Position numbers and translations under genes: made by a program. The notes below the pieces were generated by a model. That model saw nothing but the letters and a program-made list of their open reading frames with translations. It made no database searches and was not told the DNA's origin. From sequence record SRR31156797_4649: DNA of 64,000 nt; one strand, given 5' to 3'. Below, piece after piece: positions 18,112 through 28,254 of the stretch. Each line of letters begins with the position of its first letter. The first letter of the stretch is position 1.

Positions 18112-20772
18112 TTAGTTTTCTGTTGAATCATGAAGGTACTTATCAATAAGTGCCATCAACTTCTTCATTTTAATAGGCTTAGCAATAAAATCATTACAAC
18201 CTGCATCTAGCGATTTCACAACATCATTATAGTTTGCATAGGCAGTTTGGGCAATGATAGGCAAATCAGGAAAATCTTGTTTTATAAGACTTGTGGCTTC
18301 GTATCCATCCATTTTAGGTAATTGTATATCCATTAGTACAAGATCCAAATGCTCGTCTTTGGATATTTCAACGGCTTCAACACCATCATAAGCTCTAAAA
18401 ATGCGGTAATTGCGCTTCCGCAGCATTTCTTTCAACAACTGATAATTAGCATCTTCATCTTCAACAATCATAACATTTTTAACTTCCTCCACTTTTTCTT
18501 CCGAGATATTTTCAAACATTGGTCCTTGCCACTTGTGAGGAAGGGTAAAGTAAAAAGTTGTTCCTTCGTCTGGTTTTGAGTCAACCCAAATCTCGCCACC
18601 CATTAGTTCTACTAATTGTTTTGAAATTGCTAAGCCCAAGCCTGATCCCTGAAATTTTCGACTTGTATGTTCTTCTACCTGTCTAAATCTGTCAAAAATA
18701 TATTCCAACTTTTCATGGCTCATTCCCATTCCAGTATCTTTCACATAAAATTTTATAAAATCCTGCTCATGAGCTGTAACTCCAAATTCGATTTTTCCTT
18801 TCTCAGTGAACTTCACACTGTTACTAACCAAATTAGTTAGAATTTGCTGTAATCTCATTGGATCTGCAATAACAGACAAACTTTTATCCGGTAAATTGCT
18901 TGATATCTTTATTTCATGCTTCCCTTTTTTCTTAAGTGATTCAGTATGTACCTTTTCCAATTCACTAAAAAGAGGTTCTAATTCCACATTAACTTTTGCT
19001 ACACTTAGCTCCCCTGCTTCTATCTTACTTATATCTATAATATCATCTATTAACTTCAATAGATGTGTTGAGTTAGAGTTAATCAATTCAACATATTCAT
19101 CTTTGGTAGCAGGTTCAAGATCTTCAAGATTTAATAAGTCAGTGAACCCAATAATAGCATTCATTGGAGTTCGGATTTCATGACTCATATTGGCTAAAAA
19201 GGCACTTTTTAATCGGTCCGCTTCAATAGCTTTTTCTTTAGCTTCAACTAACTCATATTCTGCCTGCTTTCGTTTACTGATATCACGTGTCACTCCATTC
19301 ATTCCAATAAATGAATTATCGCTTTCAAATACTGGTCTTGTAATTATTTCAACCCAAACATAACTACCATCTTTCTTTCTCTGCTGAGCTTCAAATGTAT
19401 AGGAATGTTGCAATTTTTCAATCTGGTCTAATTTCAATCCCTGCTTTATGCTTTTTACAATTTCACTTAATTTTTGGGCTCCTTTTTTATCAAAAACATC
19501 TTCAAGTGTATATTTAATATACTCAACTGCAGTATACCCGGTTAGCTTTTCTATTCCAGGAGAGATATATTCTAAATGGAAATTACTATCTGTTACCCAG
19601 ATTACATCAATCAAATTATTTATAATAAGTCTGTATCTGTTCTTGAGCTTATCTATTTTAACTTGCATTTGTTTCTTTTCGGTAATATCTTCACATATTA
19701 CCAATGCAGTATCCATTGCCCCATTCACATAAGTTTCCGGGACCACTATACAATGCAGGCTTTTTAATCCAACTGGTGTAGGTAAATCAATTTCAAATTC
19801 TTCCTTTTCATGATTTGAAAAGTTATTAATCAATACTTTCCTAAACCTTTCAAAAAGATTATTAGGCAAACCAAAATCCTTCAATCCTTTCCCAATTAAC
19901 TCATGAACTTCTTTATTCAGCAACTTTGCTCCACCAGGATTTAGATATTGACAGTTTAATTCCCTGTTAAATAGCGCAATAATTGCAGGCGAATTTTCTG
20001 CTAATGCTTCAAATTCTTTTTCCTTTTGTTCAATCAGTATTTCAACTTCTTTTCTTTGTGTAATATCCTGAGTTACTACATATTGTATTATGGTATTATC
20101 GACTATATGCATGGAGTAACTATTGTGAATAAACTTTCGCTCACCACTATGGGTTACAATCCAAAAATCTAATTCATGATTTTGCTCCGGCTCCTGCTGC
20201 AGTTTTTTTAGCAACCCCTTCACTTTAGTTTTTTCTTCAGGTGCGGCTAACCTTTCTACACTTTCTACTATGGTTTGAACATCACCGGCACCCAATCCTG
20301 TAATGTCTTTCATTGCCTTATTGGTGAATACCATCCTACGATTTTCCAAAATTGCTAATCCTTCATGTAATTGTGATGCCATTTTATAAAATCGATCAGA
20401 TTTTATTTGATCATCTTCGCTCACACGAGAAGAAGTCAAGCAAAAAATCTCAACACTTAAAGTATCTTGCTCATCAATTAAATTAATTATTGTAGGAAAA
20501 TTGACAACACTATTTTGTGCAGTATTAAAAGCCAGTTCAACAATATCCCCTTTTTTATTCGAATCCTCAATTATGGGTAAATTTTCTTTACACCCACGAT
20601 AACAAAGCTCATCAATAGTTTTTTCCTTAAACTCTGCTTCGTTGTACTGAAATATTTTTTGCGCCCTTGAATTGGAATATACTATTTTACGAATACTATT
20701 TTTTTTATCCAGGGAATATACAAGAACAGGTTCATCAAGATAGCTAAGATATGGTTTTGGTGAATAGGGCAT
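18112..20772 (-). CDS. Cytoplasmic multi-PAS hybrid sensor histidine kinase/response regulator
   Basis: Several PAS/PAC motifs, H-box ANMSHEIRTPMN, HATPase (DTGMG, GSGLGLAIS) and C-terminal receiver (VEDE, LMDIQLP, KPI). Confidence 0.92.
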   Translation of the reverse strand: MPYSPKPYLSYLDEPVLVYSLDKKNSIRKIVYSNSRAQKIFQYNEAEFKEKTIDELCYRGCKENLPIIEDSNKKGDIVELAFNTAQNSVVNFPTIINLIDEQDTLSVEIFCLTSSRVSEDDQIKSDRFYKMASQLHEGLAILENRRMVFTNKAMKDITGLGAGDVQTIVESVERLAAPEEKTKVKGLLKKLQQEPEQNHELDFWIVTHSGERKFIHNSYSMHIVDNTIIQYVVTQDITQRKEVEILIEQKEKEFEALAENSPAIIALFNRELNCQYLNPGGAKLLNKEVHELIGKGLKDFGLPNNLFERFRKVLINNFSNHEKEEFEIDLPTPVGLKSLHCIVVPETYVNGAMDTALVICEDITEKKQMQVKIDKLKNRYRLIINNLIDVIWVTDSNFHLEYISPGIEKLTGYTAVEYIKYTLEDVFDKKGAQKLSEIVKSIKQGLKLDQIEKLQHSYTFEAQQRKKDGSYVWVEIITRPVFESDNSFIGMNGVTRDISKRKQAEYELVEAKEKAIEADRLKSAFLANMSHEIRTPMNAIIGFTDLLNLEDLEPATKDEYVELINSNSTHLLKLIDDIIDISKIEAGELSVAKVNVELEPLFSELEKVHTESLKKKGKHEIKISSNLPDKSLSVIADPMRLQQILTNLVSNSVKFTEKGKIEFGVTAHEQDFIKFYVKDTGMGMSHEKLEYIFDRFRQVEEHTSRKFQGSGLGLAISKQLVELMGGEIWVDSKPDEGTTFYFTLPHKWQGPMFENISEEKVEEVKNVMIVEDEDANYQLLKEMLRKRNYRIFRAYDGVEAVEISKDEHLDLVLMDIQLPKMDGYEATSLIKQDFPDLPIIAQTAYANYNDVVKSLDAGCNDFIAKPIKMKKLMALIDKYLHDSTEN

Positions 20773-20826
20773 ATTTCAATATTTGCTCAGTAAGTTAATA
20801 CAATTGTTTAGTAAATCAAAACAATA

Positions 20827-21867
20827 TCATTCATTAAAAATCTTTACCTCCTGAACACCATTAGCCCCATAAGTTGCTCTGAACATTCCACCTGTATTAT
20901 ATGATACTGCAATATTACCATAACTATCAACGCCAATAATTCCACCATATCCACCAAGATCCTCAAGTTGATTTAAGATTACATTATCAGCTGCTGATTG
21001 AATATTTAATTCGCGATAACGCATCAATGCTGATATTTCATGTGCAACACCTAAACGTATAAAATACTCTCCCCATCCTGTACTTGAAATAGCGCAAGTT
21101 CGATTATCAGCCCAGGTTCCTGCGCCAATAATTGGAGAATCACCTATTCGTCCAAATTTTTTGTTGGTCATTCCCCCTGTTGAAGTACCTGCGGCCAAAT
21201 TTCCATATTTATCCAAAACGACACACCCCACAGTTCCATGTTGCTTTTTGGCGGCACTTAAACGCTTCTCCGATCGCTCAGTAATAAAATAAGAATTATC
21301 AACCTGCTCCTCTCCCATAAGTTTGCTAAAAGATTCTGCACCTCTACCTGACAATAAAACATGCTTACTACTATCCATCACCAATTGCGCCGTTTGTATG
21401 GGATTTTTTATGGTTCTCACTCCGGCAACAGCTCCTGCATTTCGATCAACCCCTCTCATAATAGAAGCATCTAATTCAGCCAGTCCATCATTTGTAAGAA
21501 CTGCTCCTTTCCCAGCATTAAAAATTGGATTATTCTCCATGAGTTTTATAACTTCAACAACTACATCAATTGATTTTTCACCTTTATTGAGCATACTCTT
21601 GCCTTTCTCCAGGGCTTCAAATAGTGATTTTTTATAGGCCAGCTTCTGTTCTTCTGATAAATCTTCAGGTGTAAAATTACCGGCACCGCCATGAATAGCA
21701 ATTGCATAAATATTGCTTATTGTATCTTTAATTTCATTTTTCGGAGCATTCAAATGATACTTTCTTTCTCCATTTTCTTTCGCCAATTTTATAACTGGAA
21801 TCAATAAAGTAGGAATGGCAAAAATCATGAGAATAAACAAGTAAGGCTTAATTTTAGTCAAATTCAT
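20827..21867 (-). CDS. iaaA: Isoaspartyl peptidase/L-asparaginase (Ntn hydrolase) with N-terminal hydrophobic anchor
   Basis: IAIHGGAG, FNAGKGAV, ELDASIM, autocleavage HG|TVG and GRIGDSPIIGAG. Start set at MNLTK (21867). Confidence 0.9.
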   Translation of the reverse strand: MNLTKIKPYLFILMIFAIPTLLIPVIKLAKENGERKYHLNAPKNEIKDTISNIYAIAIHGGAGNFTPEDLSEEQKLAYKKSLFEALEKGKSMLNKGEKSIDVVVEVIKLMENNPIFNAGKGAVLTNDGLAELDASIMRGVDRNAGAVAGVRTIKNPIQTAQLVMDSSKHVLLSGRGAESFSKLMGEEQVDNSYFITERSEKRLSAAKKQHGTVGCVVLDKYGNLAAGTSTGGMTNKKFGRIGDSPIIGAGTWADNRTCAISSTGWGEYFIRLGVAHEISALMRYRELNIQSAADNVILNQLEDLGGYGGIIGVDSYGNIAVSYNTGGMFRATYGANGVQEVKIFNE

Positions 21868-21956
21868 AGCAATAAAATTAGTTTGATAAATGTAGATCAA
21901 GAATGACCTATTACAAATATAGCATTCAAAAAACTAAAACAGGTAATGAACTCTTT

Positions 21957-22577
21957 TTAATTAAAGAAATAGGAAATTGAAAGACTTGACGGAGCAATAT
22001 TCAGAGCCAAATTATTGGTTTCTAACCAACTGCCAATAGCATTTTCATTAAGGCCGTATAGCACCAAATCGAATGCAAACAAGAAACTACCTTGCAGAAT
22101 TAAGGAATTTCCATAACCTTTTAGTCTATGTTGATGCTTAGAAATGTTTCTTGCTCTCTCTTTTAAATAAAAACCAGACATTACATAGGCTACATCTAAT
22201 CCGGCATTAAAAAGAAGTATTGTGCCAAAATTTTTCTGTGATTCCAATGTTTCTATTACACTCAAACCAGTAACATCACTTTGAGTAGCACCATAATAGG
22301 CCCCAGCAGCTATACCCAGGTTCACCACATTCCAAAATACATTCATTTCATGGAAGCGGTAATCAACACCCTTGGTTCTGGTCATCATAAAGCCACTTAC
22401 TGCCAAATTACTAACTGCCCATCCACCCAAGACAGTCATTCCACCTTTTTTAAGATCGAGATGTTCCGTATTTATTTGCAAAAGAATAGAATCGGATTGT
22501 CCAAAAACAGGACTATAAAATAAAAGCAGCAACACTGATAATATGATTATCCATTGTATGTTACTGCTTTTTATCAT
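21957..22577 (-). CDS. Conserved hypothetical exported/membrane protein (DUF6992-like)
   Basis: Signal peptide VFG|QSD; GMTVLGGWAVSN, FHEMNVFWNVVN, NAGLDVAY and GYGNSLILQG. Confidence 0.65.
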   Translation of the reverse strand: MIKSSNIQWIIILSVLLLLFYSPVFGQSDSILLQINTEHLDLKKGGMTVLGGWAVSNLAVSGFMMTRTKGVDYRFHEMNVFWNVVNLGIAAGAYYGATQSDVTGLSVIETLESQKNFGTILLFNAGLDVAYVMSGFYLKERARNISKHQHRLKGYGNSLILQGSFLFAFDLVLYGLNENAIGSWLETNNLALNIAPSSLSISYFFN

Positions 22578-22592
22578 TGATTAATGTATCCG

Positions 22593-25019
22593 TTAATATA
22601 GAATTGGAAATTGATTCGGTTTGGCTTCGTGCATTAAATCATAAACTACCTCAAAAACATTTTCAGCATTCGGATTTGAGAAATAATCACCATCAGAGCT
22701 AAAAGCTGGTCTGTGTGCTTTAGCACTTAGTGTTTTGGGCTCTGAATCCAAATGAAAATATGCTTTCTGATCTTCAAGTACTTTCTGCATCATATAGGCA
22801 GTTGCACCTCCCGGTACATCCTCATCAAAAAAGACTACCCTATTTGTTTTCTTAATACTTTCAAGGATTTTATGATCTTTATCGAATGGAATTAATGTTT
22901 GAACATCAATTACTTCCGCTCCAATATTGAAGTCTTTTAATTGACGCGCAGCATCTTCTGCAATACGCACACACGATCCGTAAGTTACAATGGTTACATC
23001 GTCACCTTCATGAACAATATCAGGTTGTCCTACCGGAACAGTATATTCTCCAATATTTTCAGGAACTCGTTCTCTCAATCGATAACCATTTAAAGGTTCA
23101 ATCACCAATGCAGGTTCATCACTCTTTAATAATGTATTGTACATTCCGGCTGCACGTGTTAAATCTCGAGGCACACACACTAGCATTCCACGAATTGAAT
23201 TTATTACCATACTCAGAGGTGAACCTGAATGCCAAATACCTTCAAGACGATGACCACGAGTACGAATAATAGCTGGTGCTTTTTGCCCACCTCTGGTCCT
23301 CCAAAGCAATGTGGCCAAATCATCACTCATAGTTTGCAATGCATACAATAAATAATCAAAGTATTGAATCTCAGCAATTGGCCTAATTCCCCTCAAGGCC
23401 AATCCAATCGCCTGGCCAAGAATTGTGGCTTCACGAATTCCTGTATCTGTAACCCTCAATTCACCATATTTATCTTGCATTCCTTCCATACCCTGATTCA
23501 CATCGCCAATTTTCCCGGTATCTTCTCCAAAAGTTACAACCTCAGGATATTTTGCAAATATCTTATTAAAATTATCTCTCAGTATCTCACGACCAGGCTT
23601 GGTCTCTACTTTTTCTGCATACTTAATAGGCACTTCTTCCACCTTAATAGCTGCCTGATCAGTCTCAGAATACAAATGCGAATGATAATCGGGTCCAATT
23701 CTTTCATAATTATCTTTGAGCCATGTACCTAATTGATCTTTTAGTTCCGCTCTTTTCGGACAATCTGTACAAATGTGCCTTAATATTCTCTTAGCAGCAC
23801 TAAAATTATCTTTACGAATCGGATAAGCTATTCTTTTTAAATTTTGAGCAATCTCACCCGCTTTATCATAATGATCTCTCTTACATTTACAGGTGCGTGT
23901 TTCAATGATTTTTACCAATTTGTCACGCTCTTCTTTCAATGGTTTTGTAAATTCACTCCAGGCTTTCTTCTTAGCATCTTTAGCTTCATTTGAAGCTTTA
24001 GTCTCAATTTCATCCAACTCCTTCTCTGTAGCCATTCCTTCACTAAGAATCCATTCTTTCATTTTAAAAATTGGATCGAACTTTTGTTCCCATTCCAAAC
24101 GCTCCTTAGATTTATATCTTTCATGAGAACCACTGGTTGAGTGGCCTTGTGGTTGTGTAACATCATCAATGTGAAATAATACCGGGATATGTTCTTTTCT
24201 AGCTTTTTCAACTCCTTTTTGATATAACTCAACTAAACCAGGATAATCCCAGCCTTTACCTTTCATAATGTAAATGCCTGATTCTCCTTTTTTCTTTATT
24301 TCAAATCCAGCTAAAGCTTCTGAAATAGAACTTTTGGTTGTTTGATACTCTTTAGGAACGCTTATACCATAACCATCATCGTAAACAGACATAACCATAG
24401 GAACTTTTAATACAGCCGCGGCATTCATTGTTTCCCAAAAATGACCTTCTGATGTACTGGCATCACCAATTGTACCAAAGGCAACTTCATTACCTTTATC
24501 GGTAAACTTCTTCATATTATGCAAATCCTCAACGCCTCTGAATATTTTTGAGGCATAAGCCAAACCTAACAAGCGTGGCATTTGTCCTGCGGTAGGAGAA
24601 ATATCGGCAGAAGAGTTCTTCTGGGCCATCAAATTGTTCCATTCTCCTTTTTCATTTATACTACGTGTTCCAAAATGATTATTAAAAGAACGACCACCAT
24701 GACTTGGATTATGCTTTAAGCTTGTATGACCATATAAAGAGGCAAAAAACTCTTCAGGTGAATACATACCTGTAGCAATCATCAAAGTTTGATCACGGTA
24801 ATAACCAGAACGCCAATCACCGTTTTTAAACTGTCTGGCCATGGCCAATTGTATAATTTCTTTTCCATCACCAAAAATTCCAAATTTGGATTTTCCGGTT
24901 AATACTTCTTTTCTTCCAAGAAAGCTTAATTGTCTACTTAAGTGTGCTGTATAGTAATCTTCTAAAACATTATTTCTTGATAATAAACTGTTAGTTTTCG
25001 TGCTTTTTTGCGTTGTCAT
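22593..25019 (-). CDS. Fused alpha/beta E1 component of a 2-oxoacid (branched-chain type) dehydrogenase
   Basis: TPP motif GDASTSEGHFWE...DDGYGIS, GHSTSGSH, DTGIREATI, EIQYFDY and a transketolase C domain. Start set at MTTQK (25019). Confidence 0.92.
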   Translation of the reverse strand: MTTQKSTKTNSLLSRNNVLEDYYTAHLSRQLSFLGRKEVLTGKSKFGIFGDGKEIIQLAMARQFKNGDWRSGYYRDQTLMIATGMYSPEEFFASLYGHTSLKHNPSHGGRSFNNHFGTRSINEKGEWNNLMAQKNSSADISPTAGQMPRLLGLAYASKIFRGVEDLHNMKKFTDKGNEVAFGTIGDASTSEGHFWETMNAAAVLKVPMVMSVYDDGYGISVPKEYQTTKSSISEALAGFEIKKKGESGIYIMKGKGWDYPGLVELYQKGVEKARKEHIPVLFHIDDVTQPQGHSTSGSHERYKSKERLEWEQKFDPIFKMKEWILSEGMATEKELDEIETKASNEAKDAKKKAWSEFTKPLKEERDKLVKIIETRTCKCKRDHYDKAGEIAQNLKRIAYPIRKDNFSAAKRILRHICTDCPKRAELKDQLGTWLKDNYERIGPDYHSHLYSETDQAAIKVEEVPIKYAEKVETKPGREILRDNFNKIFAKYPEVVTFGEDTGKIGDVNQGMEGMQDKYGELRVTDTGIREATILGQAIGLALRGIRPIAEIQYFDYLLYALQTMSDDLATLLWRTRGGQKAPAIIRTRGHRLEGIWHSGSPLSMVINSIRGMLVCVPRDLTRAAGMYNTLLKSDEPALVIEPLNGYRLRERVPENIGEYTVPVGQPDIVHEGDDVTIVTYGSCVRIAEDAARQLKDFNIGAEVIDVQTLIPFDKDHKILESIKKTNRVVFFDEDVPGGATAYMMQKVLEDQKAYFHLDSEPKTLSAKAHRPAFSSDGDYFSNPNAENVFEVVYDLMHEAKPNQFPILY

Positions 25020-25090
25020 GATATCTATTTTTCTCTGAATGACTAAATTTTGGTATTTTTGTACACTTGACAAACAAAATAATTTGACGA

Positions 25091-25348
25091 ATGTTGATGC
25101 TAAAGGTTTTTTTAATTAGTTTAGGTTTTATTGCCATAGCTTTCGCAGCTTTGGGAATAAGAATTCTAATCAAGAAGAAAGGACAATTTCCACATACACA
25201 TATTGGCGGAAATAAGGAAATGATTAAAAGAGGTATTTATTGTGCTCAAACCTTTGATAAGATAGAAAGAAAAAAAGTTCAAAAAATGCGTCAAAAAGAA
25301 GCCTTAAAAAAATTAAGGCCTGATCCGGATTTTATGACGGCTCAATAA
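25091..25348 (+). CDS. Small single-TM membrane protein
   Basis: N-terminal TM then KKKGQFPHTHIGGNKEM..RGIYCA; a TATTTTTG -7 element lies at 25054-25061. Confidence 0.7.
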   Translation: MLMLKVFLISLGFIAIAFAALGIRILIKKKGQFPHTHIGGNKEMIKRGIYCAQTFDKIERKKVQKMRQKEALKKLRPDPDFMTAQ

Positions 25349-25350
25349 TA

Positions 25351-25383
25351 AAAAGAAAAGTGGCAGCCAAGTTTGACTACCAC
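25351..25383 (-). terminator. Rho-independent terminator between convergent small genes
   Basis: Minus strand GTGGTAGTCAA-ac-TTGGCTGCCAC (G-U pairs) followed by TTTTCTTTT. Confidence 0.7.
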
Positions 25384-25418
25384 CTCTCACATCATGAAAA
25401 ATCCCAAAATCAAAAGAA

Positions 25419-25592
25419 TCATCTATCACTATTTACACTACATGCGCATTCTGGCGACTGTGTGCTATCAACACTGCAACAGGACTTCTTCTCAAATCTC
25501 CCACCTTTCTGAAGGAACATTTTAATTCCTATTCCTGAAAACGCCAGTGCTAAAACTACCACAGTTATGCCTATTAATTGTAATATTTCCAT
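25419..25592 (-). CDS. Small single-TM protein with Cys-rich tail
   Basis: Start set at MEILQLIG (25592). TM helix then KGGRFEKKSCCS...ECAC; ends at the terminator. Confidence 0.6.
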   Translation of the reverse strand: MEILQLIGITVVVLALAFSGIGIKMFLQKGGRFEKKSCCSVDSTQSPECACSVNSDR

Positions 25593-25733
25593 ATTGTAAT
25601 TTCGTATCTTTTTATCCGAATAACGATATAAAAGTAAAAATGTTTTCATTTTAGTGTAAAATTTTCAGAAATATTTACAATTTAACTACCATTATTTCGT
25701 ATTTTTAGGTCAAATACAATAAATAGCGCGGAT

Positions 25734-26321
25734 ATGAGGACATTCGATCAGATAAAAAAATTTCTCTCTAATAAAAAAATTGGAATTGCCGGAGCAGGGG
25801 GCTTAGGTTCTAATGTAGCTACCAGCCTTGCTCGCTGTGGAATTGGACATTTGGTTATTGCAGACTACGATTCCGTTACTGAAGATAGTTTAAACAGACA
25901 ATACTTTTTCTACGATCAAATCGGTCGAAAAAAAGTTGATGCTCTAAAACATATATTAGGAAAAATTAATCCTGAAACAACTGTTGAAGCCCATGACATA
26001 AAGCTTACAGAAGAAAAGGTAATTGAAATTTTTAGTGATTGTGAGGTGATTGTTGAGGCCATTGGTGATGCCATTATTAAACAGCAACTTATAGAATCTG
26101 TACTGGTAAAACTCCCAGAAAAAAACCTCGTAATAGCATCTGGATTAGCAGGTTACGGAGACAATAACCGTTTCACCACTGAGCGGTATGACAGACTTTG
26201 GGTTTGTGGAGATCAAAACACTGAAGTACATCAACTTAACCCTCCACTTTCACCTGGAGTAGGTATTGTTGCAAACATGCAAGCAAATGTAGTTTTAGAC
26301 ATTTTACTCTCAGAAGAGTAA
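25734..26321 (+). CDS. thiF: ThiF-family (E1-like) sulfur-carrier adenylyltransferase, short zinc-less type
   Basis: GAGGLGS, LARCGIG, DYD..LNRQ, GRKKV, ASGLAG and ANMQAN; next to a ThiS gene. Confidence 0.8.
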   Translation: MRTFDQIKKFLSNKKIGIAGAGGLGSNVATSLARCGIGHLVIADYDSVTEDSLNRQYFFYDQIGRKKVDALKHILGKINPETTVEAHDIKLTEEKVIEIFSDCEVIVEAIGDAIIKQQLIESVLVKLPEKNLVIASGLAGYGDNNRFTTERYDRLWVCGDQNTEVHQLNPPLSPGVGIVANMQANVVLDILLSEE

Positions 26322-26440
26322 TTGTTTGAATCAACAATATTATTAAATTTGTAAGGGTCAAAAAAACGCAAAAGATACAGATCACAGTTTGGTATAAGTA
26401 TTGATATATCTGTGATAGCCAAAACAAAGAAATGATCAAA

Positions 26441-26644
26441 ATGAAGATATTTATTAATCGTAATGAAGAGGAGTTTGATGGAGATAAGCTGCCGCTTCAT
26501 GTTCTACTAGAGCAAAAAGAATTAACATTTAAACGTTTACTTATTCGAGTAAATGGAGAAGTTATTAATGAAGATAATAAAGGTAATATTGTCTTGAATG
26601 AAGGTGATCAACTCGACATCGTTAGAATTATTAGCGGTGGTTGA
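26441..26644 (+). CDS. thiS: ThiS/MoaD-family ubiquitin-like sulfur carrier
   Basis: About 67 aa with beta-grasp pattern VNGE...LNEGD; ends in ISGG. Confidence 0.85.
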   Translation: MKIFINRNEEEFDGDKLPLHVLLEQKELTFKRLLIRVNGEVINEDNKGNIVLNEGDQLDIVRIISGG

Positions 26645-26654
26645 TTTCTAAACA

Positions 26655-26969
26655 ATGAAAAAAGTAAATAAAACATATCGATTCTATCAAAAATATTTGG
26701 CTAACAAATTTGTGTTAGCCTCTGTTGTTTTTATACTATGGATGCTCTTTCTGGACACAAACAATTTACTCCAACGTGTCAAAACAATTAGTCATATCAG
26801 TAAATTAAAAGAGCAAAAAGCCTATTACGAAGAAAGAATTAAAGAAGATAAAGAAAAACTTATTGAATTGCGTTCCGATCAAGAGAAATTAGAGAAATTT
26901 GCACGCGAGCAATATTTAATGAAAAAAGAAAACGAAGATATTTTTGTCATCCTAATTGACGAAGATTAG
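26655..26969 (+). CDS. ftsB: FtsB/DivIC septum formation initiator family protein
   Basis: TM helix WMLFLD, coiled coil and LEKFAREQYLMKKENEDIF. Confidence 0.88.
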   Translation: MKKVNKTYRFYQKYLANKFVLASVVFILWMLFLDTNNLLQRVKTISHISKLKEQKAYYEERIKEDKEKLIELRSDQEKLEKFAREQYLMKKENEDIFVILIDED

Positions 26970-28200
26970 TATTGCGTTCCATCTCCCTCATCTTTTTCAA
27001 CAATTCCATTTTATTATCAGGTAGTTGATCTCCCAATAGCACTTTGCATGCTAGTTCAATAGGAATTTTTTTATAAAACCCGTTATCATGCGCAAAATTC
27101 AAAAACTTAACTATCTGGAAAGCATCGAAATGACGGAACAATCTTTTTTCAAATTTCAAAGCATTACTACTATTACTTTTTGACTCTAAAACCTTTTCCT
27201 TAAAATTAATTTTAGCTAAAAACTTCATCATAACTTCTGAAAAACCATGAGTCTCAGCAGAAAAATCATTGTAAAAATGAGGGAAAACACCAAAAAGTTG
27301 CTTTAAATCATTAAACGCGATTGGGTTATATACATCAAGGTTTTTTTGTTTTTCAATTATCTCCTTTAAAGCCGGTCCGGTGCCAAACGGCACACGATCA
27401 GATATTCTGGCTGCAGGACTCACCACTGTATTGTAATTTCTTTCAACCACAGAGTTTGGAAATAATTTATGTAAAAAATAAAAATCCTCTCCAGCATGCT
27501 TCCTATTCATACCACCATTTCTCACATACGCATCAACAGTTACAGCAAAACATGAACCTATTGTATGATAAGCATACGGAAAACCAGAAATTCTACAACC
27601 CAACACATAATAATGTAAATACAATTCATATTGAATCATTGCATTGAGTTGTTCATCTGCAAGATTTTCTTTTTGATGCTCAAAATCAAATACCTGCACA
27701 TCAGGAACTTTATCATCATTTTCAAAATGATATATCGCATTAAAATAATCTTCATCCACCTCGCAATCGGCATCTAACGAAACTATCAAACCTTTATCAT
27801 TTCGAGTTCTCACAAAAACCTCTGTAGCAGTATCCATTCCCACTTTTCTTGCGTACCCGGCTCCTGCATGTTTTCTTCTAACGTCCCTAACTAATAAAGC
27901 TTTAAAAGTTATGTAATCAGTAGAGTGATCAACTCCCCACCTATCAATTATATCAAATAAATCTTGATTGAATTGTTTAACATGATCTGGAGCCATTTCA
28001 GAATAATTGACAACTACAATTATTAAAATCTTATTATTTGCCTTAGTGGCAAGTAATGATTCAAAAGTCCTGAAAATATCCGGTTCATTAAAAGCCGGAA
28101 TAATTACAATTAGATCGGGTTGTCCGTTATAATTCAATTCTTTATAACGGCTAAGACTATGCTCCAAATATTTTGAAAATGATAATGTCATTTCATTCAT
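26947..28200 (-). CDS. Family 2 glycosyltransferase
   Basis: VIIPAFNE, GAGYARKVGMD, SLDADC (DxD), AGEDFYFL and SDRVPFGTG. 23-bp convergent overlap with ftsB; the start may be 28191. Confidence 0.82.
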   Translation of the reverse strand: MNEMTLSFSKYLEHSLSRYKELNYNGQPDLIVIIPAFNEPDIFRTFESLLATKANNKILIIVVVNYSEMAPDHVKQFNQDLFDIIDRWGVDHSTDYITFKALLVRDVRRKHAGAGYARKVGMDTATEVFVRTRNDKGLIVSLDADCEVDEDYFNAIYHFENDDKVPDVQVFDFEHQKENLADEQLNAMIQYELYLHYYVLGCRISGFPYAYHTIGSCFAVTVDAYVRNGGMNRKHAGEDFYFLHKLFPNSVVERNYNTVVSPAARISDRVPFGTGPALKEIIEKQKNLDVYNPIAFNDLKQLFGVFPHFYNDFSAETHGFSEVMMKFLAKINFKEKVLESKSNSSNALKFEKRLFRHFDAFQIVKFLNFAHDNGFYKKIPIELACKVLLGDQLPDNKMELLKKMREMERNTNLRQLG

Positions 28201-28236
28201 AAAAAAAGAGATTCACACAAATGTATGAATCTCTCT
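28201..28236 (-). terminator. Rho-independent terminator after ompH
   Basis: Minus strand AGAGATTCATAC-attt-GTGTGAATCTCT followed by a T run. Confidence 0.75.
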
Positions 28237-28254
28237 TCAAATAGCTAATTTATA

